From an uncultured virus (IMG/VR IMGVR_UViG_3300027917_000045) (Duplodnaviria; Heunggongvirae; Uroviricota; Caudoviricetes), in IMG/VR virus record IMGVR_UViG_3300027917_000045: a DNA stretch of 20,000 bases. The stretch is one strand, 5' to 3'. Below are positions 1 to 8,715 of the stretch, one piece after another (the first letter of the stretch is position 1; every line of letters begins with the position of its first letter). The position numbers were made by a program, and so were the translations under genes. The notes under the pieces were generated by a model. It was not told the DNA's origin. It saw nothing but the letters and a program-made list of their open reading frames with translations, and did not search any database.

Positions 1-1347
1 AACCTTGTTGTGACAGCAGCTTCAGCAACGGAAGGTAGTTTGTCTGATGCTACTGGTACTGAGTCCTTCACGGTCTATACACCTTGGGTGCGTGTGACTG
101 CTGGTACAGGTGCTATCGCTGACGTTGACGGCGCGACTGGTACGTTGATTGACTCTACAGTGGCTAACTTCAACACTACGGACTCCCGAGGGGCTAGGGC
201 TGTTGCTGCTAACGACATTGTGGTGATCACGGAGGCTGCTTCTAACCATCGTGGAGCTTACAAGGTTGTGAGTCAAGACTCAGCTACACAGCTAACTTTG
301 AACACTAGTGACCGTATCTTTACGTCTCAGAGTGCCTACGATTACGAGATCTTCGTTCCTTCGATGCACATTGAGTACAAGAGCGAGACTCGCAGCACAG
401 TGACTCACAGTACCGACAATATGACATTCAACGATGATGGTGGCTCTGGTTACAGCACCATGACTCGTAGCTCTGGTTCGTGGATCACGGATGGTTACGA
501 AGATGGAGACCTGATCGTAGTCGCTGGTACTTCTAGCAACAACGGTACCTTCTCTATCCAAAGCGTGGATAACGCGACTGTAATCACACTGAACAGCATC
601 CATACACTGACCGATGAAGGGCCTACTTCTAGTGGTACAACGAACGGCACAGGACACTTCGCTAGGTCTGGTTTCGCGCCTGATACTGCTGATGTGTTCC
701 CGTTCGAGTGGCGTATGTTCGGCAACGATCAGTCTCTTGCAGAATGCTTCCAGTTTATTCAGAGGCAGCTGCGAATCGACGCTGATATTGACCGAGGCCC
801 GGGCACCAGTAACGGCAAGGTTACTGACCCGTTGATGTCATTCGTTGATCCTAACGGTGTAGGTCTGAATATGTTCATTGATGACCTACTCTCGACAGAC
901 ATCAATAACAGTGCCTTTTTAACGGCGTGGCACTCTGCAACTGGTGGTTCTAACATTACGTTGCCGTTTACTTCTGGTGTCACGATTACTGTATCACAGA
1001 CTCTTATCGACGCTGCACCCAACAACAGGGTGACTGCATACTTTGACGATCCAGATGGTACTCCGTCTTCGGGCGATGAATACGGTACGGCTGGTGCAAT
1101 CGTTGTGGACGATAAGGACGGTGTGGACATTGACTATACCAACGTCACCACGGACATCAGTACTACGTTCGCGTATGACACTAACGCACAGGGGGGCAGA
1201 ACACCCGGGACCAATGCTGATGTAACGGTGGTTGGTATAGGTACAACAGATGCTCAGTTCGCTCTCTCTACTCGAACGATTACGAGGACGAACGAAAACC
1301 CGGTTACCCTGACGGCTGCTCTTGAACGTAACTACAGTAACCCGTAA
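1..1347 (+). CDS. Probable virion structural protein (fibre/appendage-like), 5' truncated
   Basis: Frame is open from base 1 (AAC CTT GTT GTG...), so the GTG at 10 is probably not the true start. Thr/Ser/Asp/Gly-rich, beta-strand-like composition. Two internal repeats (NDIVVITEAASNHRGAYKVVSQDSATQLTL / GDLIVVAGTSSNNGTFSIQSVDNATVITL). Ends ...ALERNYSNP-TAA. Confidence 0.6.
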   Translation, partial: NLVVTAASATEGSLSDATGTESFTVYTPWVRVTAGTGAIADVDGATGTLIDSTVANFNTTDSRGARAVAANDIVVITEAASNHRGAYKVVSQDSATQLTLNTSDRIFTSQSAYDYEIFVPSMHIEYKSETRSTVTHSTDNMTFNDDGGSGYSTMTRSSGSWITDGYEDGDLIVVAGTSSNNGTFSIQSVDNATVITLNSIHTLTDEGPTSSGTTNGTGHFARSGFAPDTADVFPFEWRMFGNDQSLAECFQFIQRQLRIDADIDRGPGTSNGKVTDPLMSFVDPNGVGLNMFIDDLLSTDINNSAFLTAWHSATGGSNITLPFTSGVTITVSQTLIDAAPNNRVTAYFDDPDGTPSSGDEYGTAGAIVVDDKDGVDIDYTNVTTDISTTFAYDTNAQGGRTPGTNADVTVVGIGTTDAQFALSTRTITRTNENPVTLTAALERNYSNP

Positions 1348-1367
1348 GCCGATTAGGGGTTACGCTC

Positions 1368-2033
1368 ATGGCGGTCAAAGTGACCTACGACTACACGAAC
1401 AAGCTCTTCATAGCTAAGGCTGGCGTGACAGAGATTGATGTTCAGGTAGATCTATATTCAGACTGGAAAGAAGACTGTCTTGATGACACGTTCTTCTTCG
1501 GTATGGTACAACCTTTGAGAACTACGGGGGGCGATGACCTCGGTGGTGGCAAGATCATCGCTCCCTATTTCTTCTTTCTCAACGGTTGGAAGTTGAGACC
1601 AGACGAAGCTAATCATACACTCACGATTAGTGGTAACTGGTATGATGACCCAGCCGGGGCTGGACTAATTGTGCCTACGGTTGGTGCGTATACAGTAAAT
1701 GTTATTCTAGAGAGAGGTGTTGACGTGCTTGGTGTAGACTCGGCCAACGTCACTTCAATTTGGGGTAGCACTGAAGCTGCTGAGAAGTTGTCTATCTCAG
1801 CTACGGGGATAGTGAAAGGTACTGTGGTAGGAGCAGGTACAGTCGTTAGTTGTGTAACTGACCTGACAGAGGCCACGAATGACCACTACAATAACCGTGT
1901 CATTCTTTGGACAACAGGTAACCTGACGGACCAAATAGCCAAGGTCACTGACTACATTGGTGGTTCCAAGACTCTAGTATACAGTCAGGTGACTGAAGGT
2001 CCTGCCGATGGTGACGAGTTCATTCTGATCTAA
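1368..2033 (+). CDS. Hypothetical phage protein, probably structural (two-domain)
   Basis: 221-aa ORF with AGGGG RBS. The C-terminal segment (DHYNNRVILWTTGNLTDQIAKVTDYIGGSKTL...PADGDEFILI) resembles small beta domains of phage virion proteins. Coupled to the next gene by TAATG. Confidence 0.55.
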   Translation: MAVKVTYDYTNKLFIAKAGVTEIDVQVDLYSDWKEDCLDDTFFFGMVQPLRTTGGDDLGGGKIIAPYFFFLNGWKLRPDEANHTLTISGNWYDDPAGAGLIVPTVGAYTVNVILERGVDVLGVDSANVTSIWGSTEAAEKLSISATGIVKGTVVGAGTVVSCVTDLTEATNDHYNNRVILWTTGNLTDQIAKVTDYIGGSKTLVYSQVTEGPADGDEFILI

Positions 2034-2185
2034 TGGCTAAGGAAGACTTCTTCACGTTCGTAAGGCTGGGGCTCTCTGGGGTGCCGAGGGCCAACCTTGC
2101 TTTTGAGATAGAAGAGGAAGAGCCTGAAGAGAAGAGATGGTGGAAGAGAGTGCCTGAGATATGGAGAACGAAGACGGATGACTAG
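2033..2185 (+). CDS. Small hypothetical protein (50 aa; not in supplied track)
   Basis: ATG overlaps the upstream stop (TAATG). Translates MAKEDFFTFVRLGLSGVPRANLAFEIEEEEPEEKRWWKRVPEIWRTKTDD*. It fills the gap exactly and overlaps the terminase start by 8 nt. Confidence 0.65.
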   Translation: MAKEDFFTFVRLGLSGVPRANLAFEIEEEEPEEKRWWKRVPEIWRTKTDD

Positions 2186-3689
2186 GATAGTATCCCTTGA
2201 GGACATCGAACAAGAGATTAAGAGGCGACAATACGAGGACCCACTTAAGACGGTCTATACACCACATGCGATTCAATTATTGATACACGCTTCTCGTGCG
2301 GTATTGACTCTTGTGATTGGTGGTAACCGCAGTGGTAAGACTTTTTCTGCTGTGGCTGAAGCGTTGTACTACTGTTTAGGGCGCTCTGTGTACGCCGAGG
2401 TACCTGATCCACCCGTTACGGTTTGGTACGTCATGCCCTCGTTTGGTATGTTCGAGAAGACTATCTATCCGATCTTCAAGCAACTCGTGCCGTGGAAAGA
2501 AGTGAAGAGCTTTTCTGAGCGTGATCACTACGTCAAGTTCAATAATGGCTCTATGCTGTACTTCATCTCTGCTGACCAGAGACAGATGCGTATTCAGGGC
2601 GCTTCTGTTGACTTCATTGTGATGGACGAGTCTCCCAACGAGAGTATCTATGGAGAGCTGATCGCTCGTCTAATCGACCGTGGGGGCCGGATGTTGATGG
2701 TCCTCGCCCCGGTGGATGCGAAGTCGTTCTGGATTCGTGACAAGATCTATGTTCCTCACCTTGCAGATGAGAGTGAGGGCACAGAGGTCATCAACATGCC
2801 TACGATTGATGATGAAGGTAACCCTCTCGTGCCCACGTATACGCGAGAGGAGATTGAACGTATGGCTAGCAAGTGGACTGACCCTGCTGAGCGTAGTGCT
2901 CGGTTGTATGGTGAGTTCATTGTTCGCTCTGGTCTCGTGTTCAAGTCATTCGACAGAGACGTTCACTTCATCAAACCTTTCAAGATACCTGACAATTACG
3001 TTCGGTGGGCGTGTGTAGATCCGCAGTATCACAGGTTTGCGTGTTTGTTCTTTACAGCTGATGAGCACGGGAACTATTATATCACCGACGAGTATTTCTC
3101 TCAGGATGAAACACTCGCCGCTCGCGCAGAGCGGATGGCAGTGATTGCAGGTGAAGTAGAACAATCAATACCAGTTTATGTGGATTCTGCGAACCCACAA
3201 GACATAGCAGAGCTTAACTATCACTTCGACCGGATTGCTGCCCCGTTAGGCGCGATTAGCCTGCCCATGAAGAAGGAGATCCACAAGATGGTTCTCCGAG
3301 TTCATTCGTACTTAGAGCCAGACATCGAAAGGAAGTTTCCTAAGATCACTAATATGGGAGACATGTTAGGAGCTCCTCGCCTCTTTGTGTTCGACTCTAT
3401 AATCTCTACGTGGAGATGGAACGAGCAGAAGATGACTGTCTCTCGCTTGATTTGGGAACTGGAACGGTTATCGTGGGGGCAGAACGGTAAACCAGATAAG
3501 CAGTCTGCTGATGGCGCTGATGCTTGTGACTGTTTGATCTACGGTACCGCTATCCAAGCTTCTGGTGTTAGGCAACCGGAGAGAGAGAAGTGGAAAGATG
3601 GATTATCCTCTGGTGACATCGCTATTTGGAAGGCGATTGAGAGGCAAGATAAGAGGGGTATAGACTACTTGGATTACTTGGATTACTAG
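2178..3689 (+). CDS. terL: Terminase large subunit
   Basis: Walker A GGNRSGKT, Walker B FIVMDE preceded by RIQGASVD, 'ARLYGEF' linker, RNase H-like nuclease motifs (ACVDP; VYVDSANP; terminal DACDCLIY). Lies just upstream of the portal. Confidence 0.95.
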   Translation: MTRIVSLEDIEQEIKRRQYEDPLKTVYTPHAIQLLIHASRAVLTLVIGGNRSGKTFSAVAEALYYCLGRSVYAEVPDPPVTVWYVMPSFGMFEKTIYPIFKQLVPWKEVKSFSERDHYVKFNNGSMLYFISADQRQMRIQGASVDFIVMDESPNESIYGELIARLIDRGGRMLMVLAPVDAKSFWIRDKIYVPHLADESEGTEVINMPTIDDEGNPLVPTYTREEIERMASKWTDPAERSARLYGEFIVRSGLVFKSFDRDVHFIKPFKIPDNYVRWACVDPQYHRFACLFFTADEHGNYYITDEYFSQDETLAARAERMAVIAGEVEQSIPVYVDSANPQDIAELNYHFDRIAAPLGAISLPMKKEIHKMVLRVHSYLEPDIERKFPKITNMGDMLGAPRLFVFDSIISTWRWNEQKMTVSRLIWELERLSWGQNGKPDKQSADGADACDCLIYGTAIQASGVRQPEREKWKDGLSSGDIAIWKAIERQDKRGIDYLDYLDY

Positions 3690-3699
3690 GAGAAGAGAC

Positions 3700-3897
3700 A
3701 TGGATGTGCTACTATTGGTGTTAGCTGGAGGTACCGGAGTCGGTATAGGGATGCTAGTTCTCTATTTGACTGCTGTACTTCCATTAGTTAAAACTCTGGA
3801 GGCTATGCGATACAGAGGCTTCGAGCCTGAACGTGAACTACCGGCTGAACCAGACGTGCCGAAGGTATCGCCACTTTGGGAAACCATACGAGAGTAA
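3700..3897 (+). CDS. Small single-pass membrane protein
   Basis: 65 aa with an N-terminal hydrophobic run (VLLLVLAGGTGVGIGMLVLYLTAVLPLV). AGGAG RBS upstream. Confidence 0.7.
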   Translation: MDVLLLVLAGGTGVGIGMLVLYLTAVLPLVKTLEAMRYRGFEPERELPAEPDVPKVSPLWETIRE

Positions 3898-3900
3898 AGA

Positions 3901-5961
3901 ATGCCTAGACACACAACAAACACGATTCCCGATCTGGGTAACCCTGACGATTTCGCTCGTTACTCTAAGCGACAGTGGGAGAGGTTGGACGGCTTCTACG
4001 GCTTTTGGGTAGAGCGTTGGCGCAGGGTTATAGACTTCATCAGATCCCAACATTGGCGTACCCTTCAAGAGATAGACGAGAAGAATATCCCCAAATGGAA
4101 GCAGTACCCAATTATCGACATGGTACTGGCCTCCTATATTGACTATATGACGCAGTGGTTGCAGTCAGACGTTCGTTTCTCTGCTATGCCTGCGTCTCCT
4201 TCCCATGACGATATTGTGGCCTCTAATCTAGCTGAAGGTGTACTGTCGTATCTCTGGGACAGTCTCGAAATGGACATTAACCGCATCGAACTGGGGGCAT
4301 GGTTACTCGCCACCGGTAACGGTGCGTTAAGAGTGTACTGGGACACTAATACAGGGAACCTCTTACCACTAGCTAAGGAAGAGAATGGGGAGCTTATCCC
4401 AGTCTATCCAGATGGCTCCCCACTACCCCCCGGCATTGACCCGATCATGCTCGACGCTGGAGAGATCAACGTCGAACCTGTCTCTCCTCAGATGGTCCGT
4501 TGGATCACTGGTGGCCGCAAGGTCAAGGGAGTCATGGTTGGCTTCCTTCTAGATTACGATGAGGTGACTGAGAGATACGGCAGAGACAAGGCCGATACGT
4601 TGGGTTACAGTACGGACTGGGTTGGTGTCTCGTTAGATCTTATGGACATCCACGCTCCCTCTCTTGACCTAATGAAGACCGACAGAGCGTTGGTGATAGA
4701 GCACTACCTGCCAGCGTCTTATCGTCATCCAGAGGGGCTATGGTGGACGACTAGTGATACGAACGTCATTGTTCCTCCCTACCCGCTACCGGCTGGTAAG
4801 GTACCCATAGTCCCGTTCCGTTGGGCTCCACTCCCGGGCCACCCCACGATGGGTATGACCCCGCTGTACAGCATGAGTCACACTAACAAGCTGTATGATC
4901 GCGTGCTCGCTAAACAGCTAGAGTGGATGGAGAAGATCGTGCCTAAGACCCTACTAAAGTCAGGCGGTGGTGTGAAACCGGGAGACTTTAACAAGGAACC
5001 CGGGCAGGAGATTCCTGTTCACTCTGGAGCTGAGCCAGACTTTCTCTCGCCACCTGAGATGCCAGCTACCTACCGTGAGACTCGTGAAGAGATTAAGGAC
5101 GCTCACTCTTATGTCGGACTCTACCAGTTCAATAACGAGAAAGAGCCTCTGCCGGGACAAGTAGAGAAGCGTCTCAGGCTTCCTTCTCGTGTCGGTAGAC
5201 AGGGAGAGCAGACCCAACTCGCTGTAATCAATTCTCGTGCCTCATGGAAACAGATGGGTGAGGTACTGTTAGCCTACGTGGGTAGATTCTATACAGAACC
5301 TAGGGCTATTCAGATCATAGGACCTGATCGTGCATACCAGTGGAAGGAGTTCACCGGAACCGATTTGCGTAATCTTGAAGCAACGATTAAAGTTGACGAG
5401 ATTTCGCTGTACCCGTGGGCGAAGCAGGAAATCCGTGATGCTGTGATTGCTGTACTGAGTACAGATGCGGGACAGATCCTCTTCGCTGACAAGACTGGTC
5501 AGTTGGATATGGGGAAGGTATCTAAAGCTATGCAGGCCACAGGGTTAGAGGCTGCCTTTGATACTCTGGATGAGGATATTCTAGAGGCTAGGAACGAGCA
5601 TTCCCTGTTTGAGAACCTGCCGGAAGAGACAGAGACTCCCCCGATTCAGCCGTGGAACGATCACTCTACTCATGTATCTGAGCATACTAGCTTAGCGAAG
5701 AGTAGGATCTTTAAGGCGTGGCCTCAGCACGCACAGAAGGCGTTGCTTGACCACATGGGTCAGCACGAGGAACAGTTGAACAAGGCGCAAGAAGCGCAAC
5801 AGCAGGCTCAGTTGGAGATGGAACAGTCACTTAGGAGTATCAGAGCCGACACTGAGACACAGGCAGCTATCAAGGAGAAACTCGGTGAAGAGACCATTGA
5901 GATGATCATGGGTCTCATGCGTAACGCGCTTGGCTCTATTGGAGAAGAACCTAAAGACTAG
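3901..5961 (+). CDS. Portal protein (P22-like, long C-terminal helix)
   Basis: 686 aa, directly after terL. Has LATGNGALRVYWD and PIVPFRW...GMTPL...YDRVL segments typical of P22-type portals, and a Gln/Glu-rich coiled-coil C terminus (EEQLNKAQEAQQQAQLEMEQ). Confidence 0.88.
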   Translation: MPRHTTNTIPDLGNPDDFARYSKRQWERLDGFYGFWVERWRRVIDFIRSQHWRTLQEIDEKNIPKWKQYPIIDMVLASYIDYMTQWLQSDVRFSAMPASPSHDDIVASNLAEGVLSYLWDSLEMDINRIELGAWLLATGNGALRVYWDTNTGNLLPLAKEENGELIPVYPDGSPLPPGIDPIMLDAGEINVEPVSPQMVRWITGGRKVKGVMVGFLLDYDEVTERYGRDKADTLGYSTDWVGVSLDLMDIHAPSLDLMKTDRALVIEHYLPASYRHPEGLWWTTSDTNVIVPPYPLPAGKVPIVPFRWAPLPGHPTMGMTPLYSMSHTNKLYDRVLAKQLEWMEKIVPKTLLKSGGGVKPGDFNKEPGQEIPVHSGAEPDFLSPPEMPATYRETREEIKDAHSYVGLYQFNNEKEPLPGQVEKRLRLPSRVGRQGEQTQLAVINSRASWKQMGEVLLAYVGRFYTEPRAIQIIGPDRAYQWKEFTGTDLRNLEATIKVDEISLYPWAKQEIRDAVIAVLSTDAGQILFADKTGQLDMGKVSKAMQATGLEAAFDTLDEDILEARNEHSLFENLPEETETPPIQPWNDHSTHVSEHTSLAKSRIFKAWPQHAQKALLDHMGQHEEQLNKAQEAQQQAQLEMEQSLRSIRADTETQAAIKEKLGEETIEMIMGLMRNALGSIGEEPKD

Positions 5962-5973
5962 GAGTCCTAGGAG

Positions 5974-7008
5974 ATGGGAAGAAAGCCTTGGTCTGATGAA
6001 GACAAAGAGCTAGTGAAAGAGGTCTACCCTGAGTTAGGGGACATCGCACTAGCTAAAATACTAAACAGGACGCAGGGATCTATACGTGATATGGCTCGGC
6101 GTCTTGGAGTGAAAAGGAAAGGGGGCAGCGGTACTATAGGGGGAGTTACCCCAAACGTCATAGACGATATTCCCGTGGTTAGTCCCCTTTCTATTCACAT
6201 ACCAGATACGTTAGTGAAACCAATACTAGACGATATGCCTATATGCTCACTCGTCTATGGAGACGTTCACATTCCGTTTCAAGATGATGCTGCTTTGAGT
6301 ATCATGTATCAGGTGTGTGAGATTGTGGACTTTACAGAGGTAATGAACATAGGAGATCTGACCGACAACTGGCAGATCTCTTCTTACATCCCTCCCGACG
6401 AACGACAGTTAGACCGTACACAACAAAGCTTGCAAGAGCAATTTACAATGGCTGCTCAACACGTCGGGAAGATGGAATACTTGAACCCTAACGCTGACCT
6501 GTATTTCCTTGAGGGTAACCACGAGGAGAGGTGGTCACGTATGTTTCGCAAGGCGCAAGAGGATTACAAGTGGCGTCACATACTCTCTCTACCTCATGTA
6601 CAAGAAGCTCTCTCTGTCCGTTACATGATAGGGTTCAGTGAGCGTTGGAAGTACCGTGAGTACAACGATGAGTTGGTTCACCATGACAGGATAGTGTTCA
6701 CCCACGGTGACCGTACAACTATCTGGGTGACTCGTGGTATGTTGGAGAGGTACGGTAAGAGTTCTATGTTTGGACACACTCACCGTATCCAGAACTTTAC
6801 TAAGACTGATTTAGTAGGCACCATAGCAGCGTGGAATATTGGCTGTATGTGTGACCTGCATCCCCACTACAAGTACTCTAACGCCACGAACTGGGCTCAG
6901 GGTTTCGCAGTGGTCTATTGGTCTGACGATAGGAAATGGTTCCATGTTGAGCAGATCAGGATACATGACGGTAAGGCTATGACTCCGTGGGGGTTGTTGA
7001 CAGCTTAG
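5974..7008 (+). CDS. Calcineurin-like metallophosphoesterase with N-terminal HTH/Myb-like domain
   Basis: All five metal-binding motifs are present in order: GDVH, GDLTD, GNHE, THGD, GHTH. The N terminus KPWSDEDKELVKEVYPELGDIALAKILNRTQGSIRDMARRLGV fits a helix-turn-helix. AGGAG RBS. Confidence 0.9.
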   Translation: MGRKPWSDEDKELVKEVYPELGDIALAKILNRTQGSIRDMARRLGVKRKGGSGTIGGVTPNVIDDIPVVSPLSIHIPDTLVKPILDDMPICSLVYGDVHIPFQDDAALSIMYQVCEIVDFTEVMNIGDLTDNWQISSYIPPDERQLDRTQQSLQEQFTMAAQHVGKMEYLNPNADLYFLEGNHEERWSRMFRKAQEDYKWRHILSLPHVQEALSVRYMIGFSERWKYREYNDELVHHDRIVFTHGDRTTIWVTRGMLERYGKSSMFGHTHRIQNFTKTDLVGTIAAWNIGCMCDLHPHYKYSNATNWAQGFAVVYWSDDRKWFHVEQIRIHDGKAMTPWGLLTA

Positions 7009-7011
7009 CGG

Positions 7012-7041
7012 TTGGTAGGAAGATTACAAGGACACTAGTGT
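7012..7041 (+). promoter_or_regulatory. Possible sigma70-like promoter/operator in 65-nt spacer
   Basis: TTGGTA (7012-7017), 18-nt spacer, TAGTGT (7036-7041). The -10 candidate lies within the perfect 10-bp palindrome ACACTAGTGT (7032-7041). Weak consensus match. Confidence 0.25.
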
Positions 7042-7073
7042 AGTAATACTTAAACAGAACAAGGAGCATACGT

Positions 7074-7295
7074 ATGCCAAAAGGTTTCAGAAGCCCTAGC
7101 CCCAACACTGGCGGGATGAGAGTCCCCAGCAAGAATGCTGGTGCTAAGCCCAAGGCCAAAGGTTCGGCCTCTGCTGGTGACAAGGACCGTATGGGCAAAT
7201 CTCAGGCTATTCCTACAGGTCAGACGCAGGTAAATAAGTTCCCGCCTAGCACCGGGAAGCACTCAAGGGCTGGCGAGAAGACTGGTAAGCCGTAA
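7074..7295 (+). CDS. Small basic low-complexity protein (73 aa)
   Basis: AAGGAG RBS. Lys/Gly/Pro/Ser-rich, likely disordered. TAATG-coupled to the next ORF. Confidence 0.7.
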   Translation: MPKGFRSPSPNTGGMRVPSKNAGAKPKAKGSASAGDKDRMGKSQAIPTGQTQVNKFPPSTGKHSRAGEKTGKP

Positions 7296-7438
7296 TGCCC
7301 GTCCAGAAGTCCGGTAGTGGTTATCGTTACGGCACCAAGGGTAAGACCTACCGTGGCAAAGGAGCAAAGGCGAAAGCGAAGAGGCAGGGCAGGGCTATCA
7401 AAGCCAGTCAGGCCAGACAAGGTAAATCTAAGAAATAA
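7295..7438 (+). CDS. Very small highly basic protein (47 aa; not in supplied track)
   Basis: TAATG overlap. MPVQKSGSGYRYGTKGKTYRGKGAKAKAKRQGRAIKASQARQGKSKK*, with no acidic residues. Stop falls just before the scaffold RBS. Confidence 0.75.
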   Translation: MPVQKSGSGYRYGTKGKTYRGKGAKAKAKRQGRAIKASQARQGKSKK

Positions 7439-7450
7439 CAGGAGATAGAG

Positions 7451-8560
7451 ATGGCTGGAGAGGATCTTACCCCTGATATTGGGGTATCGGCAACAGAAAT
7501 GGATTCGGCTACTCGTGCTGGCGAGCGGCGACACACCAAAGCCACGGCCCGTAGCCTAGCTGGTATCGTAGCCACAAAGATGGAAGAGGCGGCAGCTGCG
7601 GAGGCTGAAGAGGCCCCTGCTGTAGAAGATGTAAGCCAAGTTACACCAAAGGGTACTAAAGAGGGTGTCGAGTACGTCACCGTCGAGGTTGACCCTGAAA
7701 CTGGTGAGGAAACTGTAGTTAAGGCTACAGAAGCCCCCGCTGAGGAGGAGGGAGTACAGTATATTGAGGAGGAAGTGCCTCTAGCGGAGATCTCCCAAGC
7801 TCTCAGTGATGCAGGAATCGTTCTTGATATTGACCCTAATGAGCTGCCTGATGAGGCTCTGGGTGTCTATGAGAGCCTTACCTCTGCTATTCTACAAGCC
7901 GCTGGCAAGTCTCTTGAACGTGAGAGGGAAGCCAATGACCGGATGTTGGAGCTGAATGACTTCTCTGAGAGGCTACAGAACTCACCTGATAAGATCATGT
8001 TGGCTCTAGCTATGGAGAAGCCAGAGGTCTTTGCTAAAGTGGCTGGTGTGGTTGAGAGAATGGCTGATGACCCTGCTCTCAAAGAGAGTGTGATTAGAGA
8101 GCTAGAGAGTGAAGTCAGGCTTCAAGAAGCGAACCGTATCAAGAGAGTAGCGGACGTTGAGACACGTACACTTCAGGGCCGCAGAGTCGCTCAGGAGACT
8201 CTTAGACAGGCCAAGAGGTACGGTGTCAGTCCAGAGGTAGCTAATGAGTACATCTCCTCACAAGTACGCGCTAACAGCAACTGGCTAGAGGTCAACCAAG
8301 TTGAGCCTCTGATCCAGAAGCTTTCTGGTGGCCAGAAGAAGAAGATCGTTATTCGTAAGGTACGTCCCAAGAAAGTTACCCCAGAGCAGGCAAAGGCTGT
8401 AGCTGAAGCCAATACTGCCCCTGTGGGTGGAGCGCCTGCCCCGGGCGCTACTAGAGAAGCCTCACCGGGACTGCACCAAGACAATGTCCCGAAGAACCGT
8501 GGTGGTATCTTCAGGGGTCTAGTCAAGCAGGCCGCTCGGAGAACTAGGACCACCGAGTAG
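7451..8560 (+). CDS. Capsid scaffolding protein (putative)
   Basis: Lies between portal and capsid genes. Very acidic, disordered N-terminal third, helical/coiled-coil middle, Pro/Ala linker and basic C terminus. No protease motif seen. AGGAG RBS. Confidence 0.75.
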   Translation: MAGEDLTPDIGVSATEMDSATRAGERRHTKATARSLAGIVATKMEEAAAAEAEEAPAVEDVSQVTPKGTKEGVEYVTVEVDPETGEETVVKATEAPAEEEGVQYIEEEVPLAEISQALSDAGIVLDIDPNELPDEALGVYESLTSAILQAAGKSLEREREANDRMLELNDFSERLQNSPDKIMLALAMEKPEVFAKVAGVVERMADDPALKESVIRELESEVRLQEANRIKRVADVETRTLQGRRVAQETLRQAKRYGVSPEVANEYISSQVRANSNWLEVNQVEPLIQKLSGGQKKKIVIRKVRPKKVTPEQAKAVAEANTAPVGGAPAPGATREASPGLHQDNVPKNRGGIFRGLVKQAARRTRTTE

Positions 8561-8578
8561 CCTCCTTCGTAGTACCCC

Positions 8579-8614
8579 GGCCCCTTGACTTGTAAGTTGA
8601 GGGGCCTTCTCTTT
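8579..8614 (+). terminator. Terminator-like hairpin after scaffold gene
   Basis: GGCCCCTTGACT-TGTA-AGTTGAGGGGCC (12-bp stem with 2 G-U pairs) followed by TTCTCTTT. It could instead be one helix of a larger leader RNA. Confidence 0.5.
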
Positions 8615-8715
8615 AGCCTAGATCTATCTTAGAGTAGGTCTTGGAGAGTTCTTGAGGAAAGCATTTCGTTCGTAGCAGTTTGTTACTAAAACAAGCAATA
8701 CAGGAGTTTATCTAA

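Noticed and set aside
8585..8613. TTGACT as a -35 promoter box for the capsid gene
   Set aside because: There is no acceptable -10 at 16-18 nt spacing, and the hexamer lies inside a hairpin stem.
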